Assembly (NCBI GenBank): GCA_037133435.1
Contig: JBAXOD010000002.1
Coordinates: 23,545-87,544, forward strand
DNA from: Candidatus Moraniibacteriota bacterium
GTDB lineage: Bacteria > Patescibacteriota > Minisyncoccia > Moranbacterales > UBA1568
Direction of reading: 5' to 3'
DNA: 64,000 bases
How positions within the stretch are numbered: position 1 is the stretch's first letter; every line of letters starts with the position of its first letter. Positions 8,506 to 17,583 of this stretch are shown here, piece after piece. The position numbers were made by a program, and so were the translations under genes. The notes under the pieces are model-generated. The model searched no databases and had not been told where the DNA came from. It saw nothing but the letters and a program-made list of their open reading frames with translations.

Positions 8506-9099
8506 TCACGCCATCACCTTGTCCACGATCCCGTATTTCTTCGCCTCGTCGGCAGACAGGAAGTAATCACGCTCGGTATCGTTCGCGATCTTCGCGATCT
8601 TCTGTTTCGTGTGTTTGGCAAGTATCTGATTCAGTCTCTCCCGGGTACGGAGGATGTGACGGGCGTGGATCTCCACCTCGGTCGCCTGACCCTGCGCCCC
8701 GCCGAGCACCTGATGGATCATGATCTCACTGTTCGGCAGCGCCATACGCCGCCCCTTCGCACCGGCAGCAAGCAGTATCGCCGCGGCGGACGCCGCCATT
8801 CCTACGCAGATCGTCGAGACCGCCGGCTTGATATGCTGCATCGTATCGTAGATCGCGAGTGCCGCCGTCACCGAGCCTCCCGGCGAATTGATGTACATAC
8901 GGATCTCCTCCTTGGGATTCTGCGACTCGAGGAACAGAAGCTGCGCGATGACCGTATTCGCGACCCCGTCGTCGATCGGCGAACCGAGAAAGACGATCCG
9001 GTCCTTGAGCAGGCGCGAATAGATGTCGTACGCGCGCTCCCCGTATCCGGATTTCTCTATGACCGTCGGCACGAGATAATCGTTCGTGATATCGCTCAT
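8506..9099 (-). CDS. clpP: ATP-dependent Clp protease proteolytic subunit
   Basis: [41 protein letters not shown]. Confidence 0.97.
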   Translation of the reverse strand: MSDITNDYLVPTVIEKSGYGERAYDIYSRLLKDRIVFLGSPIDDGVANTVIAQLLFLESQNPKEEIRMYINSPGGSVTAALAIYDTMQHIKPAVSTICVGMAASAAAILLAAGAKGRRMALPNSEIMIHQVLGGAQGQATEVEIHARHILRTRERLNQILAKHTKQKIAKIANDTERDYFLSADEAKKYGIVDKVMA

Positions 9100-9113
9100 A
9101 ACATTGTCGGTGA

Positions 9114-10403
9114 TCAAAGGGTTTCCAACCACGTAAAGACTTTCTCGTTTCGGAGCCGATTGCGTGACGCGGCATACATGGCTGGCAGGTCGAAATCGCG
9201 CTCCGCCTGATTCACGCTTTTCGCGTACGCCAGGATACGGTTCATTTCCTCCTCGACTTCCTCCGAAGACGGATCGATCTCCTGTTCGGTTCCGATCTTG
9301 TCGATCGACAGTTCCGAAAGGATCCGTTTTTCCGCCTGAGGCCGCCACTCGGTCGCGAGTTCTTCCTCGGTCTTTTTCAGACGGGCCAGATAGTCCGAAA
9401 GGTTCATTCCCATCATCGAGGCCTGGTTTCCGAATTCGGCGATCATGCGACGGACTTCGTTCTCCACGAGCACCTCCGGCAGTTCGGCCTTGGCGACCGC
9501 GACGATCGCTTCCAAAATCCCCGTACGGAGTGTCTCCTTGGCTTTCGCCTTGTGCTCGTCCGAAAGGCCGTCGGACACGCTCTCCCGCAGCTTGTCGAGA
9601 CTCTCGAATTTTCCGAGCGACTGCGCGAACGCGTCGTTCAGTTCCGGGATCTGACGTTCCTGGATAAGATTCGCGGCGATATGGAAATTCGCCGGTTTCC
9701 CCGCAAGCGTCTCCACATGATACGACTCGGGGAAACGCAGTTCGAGCGTCTTCTCCTCGCCTTGATGCATGCCGAGAATCCCTTCCTCAAAACCCGGAAT
9801 GAACGCGCCCTTGCCGAGCACGACCGGATGTTTCTTGCCGGTGCCCCCCTCGATCGGCACGCCGTTCATCGTCACTTCGAAATCCGTCTCCACCATATCC
9901 CCGTCGCGGGCTTCCCGATCGACGGTGATGAACTTCGCCCGGCTCTCCGCGATCTTCCGGAGTTCCTCGTCGATATCGGCTTCGGCCACGACGATATTTT
10001 CTTTCGCAAAAGCGGCATTGAGTGCCTTCACGGACTTTTCCCACGAGCCGAGAACGATCTCGGGCATGACCGAGGTCGTCACGACGAAGACGAGCGGGCC
10101 TTCGGACTTCACGTCGTCGAGCCGTATCTCCGGCTTGCCGATGCCCTCCACTTTGGCTGCGGCAAGCACGTTCGGAAACAGGTGATCGATCGCGTGTTCC
10201 GCCCCCTCGATGAGGACGGTCGCCTTACCGAGCTTTTTCTCGATGACCTCGCGCGGGGCGTGACCGGGACGGAATCCCTGAACCTTCATGTCTTTCGAAA
10301 GATGCGCGACGGCATGATCGATCTCGCCTTTCCATTCATCCCACGGGATCGAGACGGAAATCTCCACTCTCGAATGCGGGAGTTTTTTCACCTGTACGTC
10401 CAT
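9114..10403 (-). CDS. tig: Trigger factor
   Basis: GFRPGHAP ribosome-binding motif, FKBP domain FIPGFEE, adjacent to clpP. Confidence 0.95.
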   Translation of the reverse strand: MDVQVKKLPHSRVEISVSIPWDEWKGEIDHAVAHLSKDMKVQGFRPGHAPREVIEKKLGKATVLIEGAEHAIDHLFPNVLAAAKVEGIGKPEIRLDDVKSEGPLVFVVTTSVMPEIVLGSWEKSVKALNAAFAKENIVVAEADIDEELRKIAESRAKFITVDREARDGDMVETDFEVTMNGVPIEGGTGKKHPVVLGKGAFIPGFEEGILGMHQGEEKTLELRFPESYHVETLAGKPANFHIAANLIQERQIPELNDAFAQSLGKFESLDKLRESVSDGLSDEHKAKAKETLRTGILEAIVAVAKAELPEVLVENEVRRMIAEFGNQASMMGMNLSDYLARLKKTEEELATEWRPQAEKRILSELSIDKIGTEQEIDPSSEEVEEEMNRILAYAKSVNQAERDFDLPAMYAASRNRLRNEKVFTWLETL

Positions 10404-10444
10404 AGTGATCTATACGATAAGGAATGGATAATTTTTTTCCGACT

Positions 10445-11770
10445 TTACGCCGATACGTCTTCCGATTCGGTTTCCGGCACGGTATCAGTCTCTTCAGCGA
10501 CGGTCTCCGCGATCTCGACCGGTTCACCGGCCTCCGGTTTCGCGATCGGTGCGACTCCTCCGTGCGCCGCCTCTGCTTCCGCGCTCGTCACGTCGATCCG
10601 GCATCCCACGAGCTTCGCCGCGAGCCGCACGTTCTGCCCGCGCTTACCGATAGCAAGCGACAACTGGTCATCAGGCACCAGGACGCGGGCTCGCCGACCC
10701 TCCGCCTCCTCGGCGATCTCCACCGAGAGCACCTTCGCCGGACTCATCGCCGCGGAGATGAATGCCTCGATATCGTCGTTCCACTCGATGATATCTATCT
10801 TCTCGCCACCGAGCTCGTCGATCACGCCCTGAACGCGCGTCCCGCGTTGACCCACGCACGACCCGATCGGGTCGACCCCTTCCTGGTTCGCGGATACCGC
10901 GATCTTGGTGCGGGAGCCGGCCTCTCGGGCGATCGCCTTGATCTCCACCGTCCCGGCGAAGATTTCCGGCACCTCGAGCGAGAACAGGTGACGCACCAAT
11001 CCCGGATGACTCCGGGAGAGTACGATACCGGGTCCCTTGGTATCCGCCTCCACACGGAGCAGATACACCTTCAGATGCTGGTTCATGCGATAGTTTTCCC
11101 CTTCGATCTGCTCGGATGGGAACAGGATGCCGACGGATTTGCCGAGGTCGATATAGATATTTCGTCCCTCGATCCGCTGGACGGTCCCGTTCATCACCTC
11201 GCCCTCGTGGTCCTTGTACTCCTCGTACATGGTCTGCCGTTCGGCCTCACGCAACCGCTGGATGATGACCTGCTTGGCGGTCTGTGCCGCGACCCGGCCG
11301 AAGTCCTCGTGCGGCGGAAGGGGAATCTCGATGACGTCCCCGACCTTCGCACCCTTCTCAAGAAGCTTCGCTTCGTCGAGTGTCAGATCGCGTTCCGGAT
11401 TGTATCGTGGCAGACGGTCTTCCTCCTCTCCCGGCGTCTCCGTCTCGGGAACCTCTTCGACGATTTTCACCTCACCGGTCTCCTCGTCTATCTCGGTCTC
11501 CACGAACTCGCGGGTCGTCTCGTCGACGACCTCTTTCACGAGGAAGTAGCTCGAGGCCTTCGTGACCTCGTCGAACTTCGCCCGGATGACCTGACTCTTC
11601 TTTCCATAGTCACGCTTGTACGCGACCGCGAGCGCGGCTTCCACCACCTCGATGACTTTCTCCTTCGGGAGTCCCTTCTCGTCGACGATCTGCATGATCG
11701 CGCTTCCGAACTCGCTGATGCGTCCCGCGAAGTTTTCCGGCTCCGCCGCGACAACTTTTTTCTTCGGCAT
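10445..11770 (-). CDS. nusA: Transcription termination/antitermination factor NusA
   Basis: FGRVAAQTAKQVI, AREAGSRTKIAV, DPIGSCVGQRG, LSLAIGKRGQNVRLA. Confidence 0.97.
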   Translation of the reverse strand: MPKKKVVAAEPENFAGRISEFGSAIMQIVDEKGLPKEKVIEVVEAALAVAYKRDYGKKSQVIRAKFDEVTKASSYFLVKEVVDETTREFVETEIDEETGEVKIVEEVPETETPGEEEDRLPRYNPERDLTLDEAKLLEKGAKVGDVIEIPLPPHEDFGRVAAQTAKQVIIQRLREAERQTMYEEYKDHEGEVMNGTVQRIEGRNIYIDLGKSVGILFPSEQIEGENYRMNQHLKVYLLRVEADTKGPGIVLSRSHPGLVRHLFSLEVPEIFAGTVEIKAIAREAGSRTKIAVSANQEGVDPIGSCVGQRGTRVQGVIDELGGEKIDIIEWNDDIEAFISAAMSPAKVLSVEIAEEAEGRRARVLVPDDQLSLAIGKRGQNVRLAAKLVGCRIDVTSAEAEAAHGGVAPIAKPEAGEPVEIAETVAEETDTVPETESEDVSA

Positions 11771-11885
11771 AGTATTCTTGATTAATTATCGGTCATGATA
11801 CGAATTACATTTCCGATCGACGGGTACGTCTTCCTTTTTCGCGGTGCGCCGATACCGAAACAGCTCGGCCCGGAACACGGCATCT

Positions 11886-11966
11886 AAAGAAAAAAGTCCG
11901 CTTCAAGCGAACTTCCACACCCGTATCAGATAGTGCCAGTATACTCCCGAACGACCCGGCTGTCAA
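11886..11966 (-). promoter_or_regulatory. nusA promoter and leader terminator hairpin
   Basis: TTGACA(11966-11961)-17-TATACT(11943-11938), then AAGTTCGC-TTGAA-GCGGACTT plus T-tract about 120 nt before the ATG. Confidence 0.7.
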
Positions 11967-12068
11967 ATGACTATGAGCCTTCACATACCTTTGCAGGTTC
12001 ATGGTACAACCGTAAACCTAACTGTCACTATCTTCGATCTAACCGCAACTTTACCGATGATAAACCAT

Positions 12069-12097
12069 GTGGTTCAGGGTACAACCCTGAACCTGCG
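12069..12097. repeat. REP-like palindrome family GGTTCAGGGT..ACCCTGAACC
   Basis: Exact reverse complement of 40242-40270; one-mismatch copy at ~49646-49674; degenerate copy at 11993-12019. Confidence 0.85.
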
Positions 12098-12180
12098 GGA
12101 ACATGCCTGTTATAAATTCTCCCTTATAAAAGCCATAAATAAGATGGTTCTTCCACGAATACGCGCAGCCACATTTTTGA

Positions 12181-12209
12181 TTGACTTTTTTTGTCGTTTG
12201 TGCTATATT
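12181..12209 (+). promoter_or_regulatory. Sigma70 promoter
   Basis: TTGACT-17-TATATT with extended TG, upstream of ORF 12305. Confidence 0.6.
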
Positions 12210-12304
12210 TCCCTGTTATGGAGAGTCGTGCCCGGAAGTGTTCATCACCGACGGACAGACTGCCATAACAAGCTTTTTTACAACCATCAAAACAACTTAC
12301 GACC

Positions 12305-13234
12305 ATGGCATGGAAACTACCAACATTGGATGCGCTTACTGATGTAGGCAACATCATTTCAAACGTCGCCAACATCACAAAAACAGGCAAGGAGTACATG
12401 GAGAAACTTGCCCAACAGCAACTCGGATTCGAACTCTTCGGAATCGGAGATTTGAGCGATGAGGCCATCGTAGGCGTCGGTCTACGGACAGCAGCCAAAA
12501 AGCTCTACACTCCGGAAGCATCCGCCGACAAGGCGTTCAGTAAGCTCGATGCTTTCCTAAAATCGTTGAATAATCATCAACGCATTCGGCTACGTCGAAC
12601 CATCGCGAAACTCGTTTTGACTGAACGGCATGAAAACGTCGTCGTCGAAACGAAAACCGACAAAGACGGAGCCAAGACTGAAAAACAGGACCGGCGCCAG
12701 GTTGATTATGAATATACCGCGGATGACCCAAGGGTTCAGTTCATAATGAATATGGCAAAAGAACTCATAAAACCTGGTGGACCTGCTGCTGTAAAAGATC
12801 AACTTCTCGCATTCGACGTTATCCTGGAGAAGGCGATTTATGAAACCCTCTTCGATAAGGTAAATGAGGGCAAGAAAAAGGCCAAAGAATGGATAGACGC
12901 TACGGCAATTCCGAAAACGCAGGATTTCCTGAAAGGCATCTTAAACCGTTTGAATAGGGTTACAGATCCCACCGCGACACCGGATGCATTCATCACGGAA
13001 CAGCAGACAATCATAGCTTCCAGGGAAAATGAAATCCTGAGCGAAGCGAGGAATAACTCGTGGATTCATCTGTTGACGACATCCCTACCGGGACGGATTC
13101 TCTTGGGCATGATCGCACTCGTTGCGATACTGGCTCTCGGCACCGGACTCGGCTGGAAGGTTTTCTTCGGAGTGATCGGCCTCGTGCTGGTAGGTAAATA
13201 TGTGATCGGTTGGTACAAACAGCATCATCCATAA
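12305..13234 (+). CDS. Hypothetical protein with C-terminal TM helices
   Basis: 309-aa ORF behind a promoter; hydrophobic C-terminus; no recognised family. Confidence 0.7.
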   Translation: MAWKLPTLDALTDVGNIISNVANITKTGKEYMEKLAQQQLGFELFGIGDLSDEAIVGVGLRTAAKKLYTPEASADKAFSKLDAFLKSLNNHQRIRLRRTIAKLVLTERHENVVVETKTDKDGAKTEKQDRRQVDYEYTADDPRVQFIMNMAKELIKPGGPAAVKDQLLAFDVILEKAIYETLFDKVNEGKKKAKEWIDATAIPKTQDFLKGILNRLNRVTDPTATPDAFITEQQTIIASRENEILSEARNNSWIHLLTTSLPGRILLGMIALVAILALGTGLGWKVFFGVIGLVLVGKYVIGWYKQHHP

Positions 13235-13262
13235 TTTTATTAAAAACAAAAAGCAACTAACG

Positions 13263-14492
13263 ATGCAACAAATCATTGATTTACTCGGTCTCATAGGGAT
13301 CAAGCTGACCCAAGAGATGCGATCCCTGCTTGTAAACGGAGTCACACGGCTCTATCAGACCTTGGTACTGTGGGTCCTGGCAATCATCATGTTGGTGCCC
13401 GTCGCGATTTTCTGCGGAGCAAACGGATGGAATTGGGTGAATCTCACCCTCTTCGTCTTGTTGCTCCCCTGTGTGGGAATCGCGTTCTTCACACCGGCAA
13501 ACGTCGTCTTCATGTTTCTGTTCGGCGGAGCGATGTGCTCGCTTTCCGATGCGAGCCGGCAACGATTTCTCGCCGGAGGCGAAGCCTACGTGAAAGGGAG
13601 CATCCGATTGATAGGCGGCTGCCTATTGGTCCTCGAAACGATCCTTTTCTATCTGGGATTCGTCGACATCAAGGAAAACCCATGGGCGGTCGTAGCGATA
13701 TTGATCGTAGCGATATTCATCACCCTCGATATCAAATTCGGTGGACGGCCCAGCTTCGGCAAAAAGATCCTCTATATTGTCGTCCCGAGTCTCATCGGTA
13801 TCGTCGCAGCGGTAAGTCTCATCAAGCCTGGCACGTGGACCAGTATTGGTTTACCGGCATGGTCCCTTGCGGATCACGGGCAACTTAACGACGTGACCGC
13901 GAGAATCGGGAAACAGATAGAAGAAAACCGGATCGCGGCGAGAAAAAAATCCGCCGACTCGCTCTATGCTGTCGTGGAATCCGGAAAGAGACTCTCTCCT
14001 GCCGGAGTACGACTCTATCACGAACTCATTCGTGAGGGGAAGAAGTACGATATCGTGTCAGCGGCCAAACAGACGAAGGAAAACGTCAGCGGAAACCAGG
14101 AAGTCCGTGAAAGGCTCTTCACGGTCCAACTCGATGGCACCAAGGAGAAGAAAGAGTCCGGTCTTCAGGATGGAGAACACATCTTCGTCATCAAGGATGG
14201 TCCGAACGGTCGTCCGCTCCTTCCCGTCTATACCATGACGAAAGATTTTGAGGGACGCGACGTGCAGATCCTATTCAATTCGTACGAACTCCAAAAGGGT
14301 GGTGAGAATACGATTGTCGCGATGGCGGAAGACGGGAACGAAGTCAGGGACGGCGGAAACATCACCATCCAAGGAGGAACGGTCAAAGTGCGCCTCGTCA
14401 TCGCGCCATGGCTGCAGAAAAAAATCGATTCAAAAAAATATATTCTCGGCGACGTGGTTGCCGTACTGGCATTCCAAAAGTCGAATTATTGA
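13263..14492 (+). CDS. Hypothetical multi-pass membrane protein with soluble C-terminal domain
   Basis: 409-aa ORF with about six N-terminal hydrophobic segments. Confidence 0.7.
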   Translation: MQQIIDLLGLIGIKLTQEMRSLLVNGVTRLYQTLVLWVLAIIMLVPVAIFCGANGWNWVNLTLFVLLLPCVGIAFFTPANVVFMFLFGGAMCSLSDASRQRFLAGGEAYVKGSIRLIGGCLLVLETILFYLGFVDIKENPWAVVAILIVAIFITLDIKFGGRPSFGKKILYIVVPSLIGIVAAVSLIKPGTWTSIGLPAWSLADHGQLNDVTARIGKQIEENRIAARKKSADSLYAVVESGKRLSPAGVRLYHELIREGKKYDIVSAAKQTKENVSGNQEVRERLFTVQLDGTKEKKESGLQDGEHIFVIKDGPNGRPLLPVYTMTKDFEGRDVQILFNSYELQKGGENTIVAMAEDGNEVRDGGNITIQGGTVKVRLVIAPWLQKKIDSKKYILGDVVAVLAFQKSNY

Positions 14493-14512
14493 ATCGACGG
14501 CCCCCACAAACC

Positions 14513-14551
14513 AAAAGCGGCTCTCATGAACTTGAGGCCGCCTTTTCTTTT
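14513..14551. terminator. Terminator between convergent genes
   Basis: AAAAGCGGCTCTCA...TGAGGCCGCCTTTTCTTTT. Confidence 0.55.
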
Positions 14552-14568
14552 CTAAAATAATTCAATCG

Positions 14569-15774
14569 TCAGGTCGTCGCGAAGAACGTGGCGATGGTGC
14601 GTACGATAATAAGCGAGACGAGCGCGACCGCCGTACCGATGATGGCGAACTTCACGATGTTCTTGGCGACATCCGTCTTCTTCTCGTCGCCACCGGCCGC
14701 GAAGTACATGAGCCCGCCGACGACGATCATGAGCATCGCCAGGATGCCGACCATGGCAAGGAGGAAGTTCAGCAGATTCGACGCGATCGTCATGAGCGAC
14801 GGGGCCGCGTTGACCTCGGCCGGGATATTGTTCGTGCCGTTGCCCCAATTGAGGATCGCCGCGATCTCCTTGAGGAAAGACGGGGCGGCAATACCGATGG
14901 CAAGACCGATCATCGCGGCCGTGATCATCTTTTTCGCGGTACCGATGTTCTTCTCGTTCCCGGCCGAGAAGATATAGAATATCCCGCCAAGAACCAGGAA
15001 CACGAGCGCGATCGTCACGATGACCCCTTGTGTATAGGCAAGGAACACTCCGAGCACTTCCTGGACGGTGTCGTATTTGAGCGGATTGATGAACTGGATC
15101 GTACTCCCGCCGGCCGTCGAAGATCCGGATGATCCGGTTGGACTCGTTGTACTTGACGAACAACACTTCTGAGTAGCGCTACCACAGTCACCCGCGATTT
15201 CACTGGTTCCACTCGGACATCCTGCACTGATATCGGCACACGTTCCGGACTGCGATGAACAGGTTCCGGTAGTGACCACGGCACCGCTCCCCACGCAGCA
15301 CTTGTTAGTGGTCCCGGAGCAATTTCCGTCCCAGGTCTTTCCAGTCGCACATGTCGCCGTCGCCCCTCCGGCCAGACACGCTCCCGACGCATGAGATGTA
15401 AGCCCAAGACAACCGGTGGTAGCGGTATTTCCACAACAATATGAGCTACCGGTACCGCAATCCGTCGCGCCGGTAAATTCTTCTCCCGGACAGCTTCCGG
15501 CCTGACATGCCCCTCCGAGATTCTGACACGTGATCGCGTCGTTATATGACTGACAGATAACAGTAATTCCGGTTGCCGCCAACTGGGATTTCATCGAATT
15601 ACAGTCGGTATACGTATAATTCTGAAAAGACGTCCCCGAACTGTTCGTATAGATCGAGCCGTTCGAATTCGCCAGACGATACTTGGTCGCCGCATGAACT
15701 GGTACCGTTTGGAAAAGCGCGAAAATCAGGACGATGAGCGATCTAGCGAAAAAACGGAATGATTTCGTTTTCAT
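14569..15774 (-). CDS. Secreted Cys-rich repeat protein fused to two TrbC/VirB2-like pilin domains
   Basis: Signal peptide (VHA), three six-Cys repeats ending in CC, NPL motif, two GG-x-Y..AG.E...AK modules. Confidence 0.8.
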   Translation of the reverse strand: MKTKSFRFFARSLIVLIFALFQTVPVHAATKYRLANSNGSIYTNSSGTSFQNYTYTDCNSMKSQLAATGITVICQSYNDAITCQNLGGACQAGSCPGEEFTGATDCGTGSSYCCGNTATTGCLGLTSHASGACLAGGATATCATGKTWDGNCSGTTNKCCVGSGAVVTTGTCSSQSGTCADISAGCPSGTSEIAGDCGSATQKCCSSSTTSPTGSSGSSTAGGSTIQFINPLKYDTVQEVLGVFLAYTQGVIVTIALVFLVLGGIFYIFSAGNEKNIGTAKKMITAAMIGLAIGIAAPSFLKEIAAILNWGNGTNNIPAEVNAAPSLMTIASNLLNFLLAMVGILAMLMIVVGGLMYFAAGGDEKKTDVAKNIVKFAIIGTAVALVSLIIVRTIATFFATT

Positions 15775-15784
15775 AGTGTTCGTT

Positions 15785-16216
15785 TCAATATGCAGCCGAA
15801 CCGCCACTTCCCGACCCAGACCCGCCCGAGACGAGCTGCTGCACCGTATACACGATCATATACGCGAGGAGTCCGACCGCCACGCCGGTCGCGGCGTATT
15901 GCATCATGTTCTTCGCGCTTTCGGTCTTCTTCTCGTCGCCGCCTGCGAGCAGGTACTGTATGCCGGCCACCACGAAGAGAAGTATCGCGAGGATGCCGAG
16001 GATGCCCATGAGCCAATAGATGACGGTCGCGATGACCGGACCCGGCTCACGATCGGAAAGACCCGTCGCGGAGGATGTCGGCACGCAGACCCCGCTCATG
16101 AGTACGGTTTTTCCGTCCGAGCAGCTGGCCACCGCCCCGACCAGTTGCGGGGCGAACGTAAGAAGGACCAGAGCGGTCGCGAGTGCCGACTTGAGGAACC
16201 GTGTTGGGACGTTCAT
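15785..16216 (-). CDS. TrbC/VirB2-like pilin
   Basis: VVAGIQYLLAGGDEKKTESAKNMM between two TM helices; start could be GTG 16240. Confidence 0.8.
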   Translation of the reverse strand: MNVPTRFLKSALATALVLLTFAPQLVGAVASCSDGKTVLMSGVCVPTSSATGLSDREPGPVIATVIYWLMGILGILAILLFVVAGIQYLLAGGDEKKTESAKNMMQYAATGVAVGLLAYMIVYTVQQLVSGGSGSGSGGSAAY

Positions 16217-16273
16217 AGGAAAAGCAAAACTTTTTTTCACCTATCATCACTTTCGATAGTACTCCGATTTTTG

Positions 16274-16303
16274 AAAAAAAACAACTCCGCCACACGGCGG
16301 AGT
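16274..16303 (-). terminator. Intrinsic terminator after pilin gene
   Basis: ACTCCGCC-4-GGCGGAGT plus T-tract on the minus strand. Confidence 0.75.
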
Positions 16304-16327
16304 CGTTCCGAAACGAAGGATGTGTAC

Positions 16328-16726
16328 TCAGTACGAGATGCTGTCCGCCGCGTCCGAACCGGTAAGGCTCGCAACCGTATTCACGGCGACATATCCGACG
16401 AGCGCGACGACGATCGCGATGCTCGCGTATACCATCATCTTCTTCGCGCTCTCGGTCTTCGTCTCGTCCCCCGCGGCGATGAGGTACATGACACCCGCTA
16501 TCACGAACGAGATGATGGCGCCGATACCGAGAAGCATCATGAGCCAGTTCATGACGTTGACGAGGATCTGTCCGGCCGAACTTTCCGTCATCCCGGCCGT
16601 GGTGGAAACGGTCTGATACGTGGTACCGGCACTGTCGATGGTCCCGAAACCGAGAGCACCAGTGACCGACGGAACCAAGAGCAGTGCGGCGACCAGGAAT
16701 GCGACCGACCGTTTGGATATCTTCAT
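16328..16726 (-). CDS. TrbC/VirB2-like pilin (paralog A)
   Basis: AGGAGG RBS, signal peptide, IAGVMYLIAAGDETKTESAKKMM. Confidence 0.85.
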   Translation of the reverse strand: MKISKRSVAFLVAALLLVPSVTGALGFGTIDSAGTTYQTVSTTAGMTESSAGQILVNVMNWLMMLLGIGAIISFVIAGVMYLIAAGDETKTESAKKMMVYASIAIVVALVGYVAVNTVASLTGSDAADSISY

Positions 16727-16798
16727 ATGTTTACCTCCTGTGTTATTTTTTTCCGATGAAACATTCAGTGACACTTCAGATGCTACTCCAATTTTCAC

Positions 16799-16826
16799 AA
16801 AAAAACAACTCCGCCCTGTGGCGGAG
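16799..16826 (-). terminator. Intrinsic terminator after pilin gene
   Basis: CTCCGCC-4-GGCGGAG plus T-tract; paralogous to 16274-16303. Confidence 0.75.
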
Positions 16827-16849
16827 CCGTTCTTGTCATCGCGTGACGA

Positions 16850-17260
16850 CTAGTAGCTGATATTGTCCCCAGCGTTCGAACCCGTAAGGTTCGTGATGGT
16901 GTTGACGGCGACATATCCGACGAGTGCCACGACGATCGCGATGATCGCGTAGACCATCATCTTCTTCGCGTTGTCGGTCTTCGCCTCGTCCCCTCCGGCG
17001 ACGAGGTACAGGATACCCGCGATCACGAACGAGATGATGGCGCCGATACCGAGAAGCATCATAAGCCAGTTCATGACGTTGACGAGCATCTGTCCGATGG
17101 AGCTCTTCGTCATTCCGGCGTTCTGAGATACGGTCGTGTACGCCGTACCGCCGGTATCATATTTTCCGAATCCCGAGGTCGGTACGGCCGCGAACACGGC
17201 GACCGGTGCGACCAACGCGGCGACGATCGAGAACATGAGTATCTGTTTCAAAAATTTCAT
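16850..17260 (-). CDS. TrbC/VirB2-like pilin (paralog B)
   Basis: AGGAGG RBS, signal peptide, IAGILYLVAGGDEAKTDNAKKMM. Confidence 0.85.
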   Translation of the reverse strand: MKFLKQILMFSIVAALVAPVAVFAAVPTSGFGKYDTGGTAYTTVSQNAGMTKSSIGQMLVNVMNWLMMLLGIGAIISFVIAGILYLVAGGDEAKTDNAKKMMVYAIIAIVVALVGYVAVNTITNLTGSNAGDNISY

Positions 17261-17310
17261 ATGTTCACCTCCTTTCCGTTATTTTTTATTTCCGTTTTCC
17301 ACTGTCCCGA

Positions 17311-17583
17311 TTATACCATAGCCGCCAGCTGTCGGATAGCGATCAGCATCAGGAGGACGACCGAGAGACCGAGGATGGAATAGCCGAGCATCCGTTTCGC
17401 CGATTTCGATTGCTCCTCGTCACCGCCGGCCATCATATACATCACACCGGCCGCGATCAGCGCGACAAGCGCGACGAGACCGAAGAGCGACAACACGAGT
17501 TCGAGGGCACGCATACCGACGAGCTGAAGCGGCGGGGCATCATCTATCACGCCGGACGCTTTCGCTACGGGGATAAGGTTCAT
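17311..17583 (-). CDS. Small TrbC/VirB2-like pilin
   Basis: AAGVMYMMAGGDEEQSKSAKRML between two TM helices. Confidence 0.75.
   Translation of the reverse strand: MNLIPVAKASGVIDDAPPLQLVGMRALELVLSLFGLVALVALIAAGVMYMMAGGDEEQSKSAKRMLGYSILGLSVVLLMLIAIRQLAAMV

Noticed and set aside
9552-11785. Long + strand ORFs (426 and 453 aa); similar ones at 35682, 42555 and 58653
   Set aside because: Antisense shadows of well-supported GC-rich genes (tig, nusA, surface protein, T4SS-like genes, pcrA)
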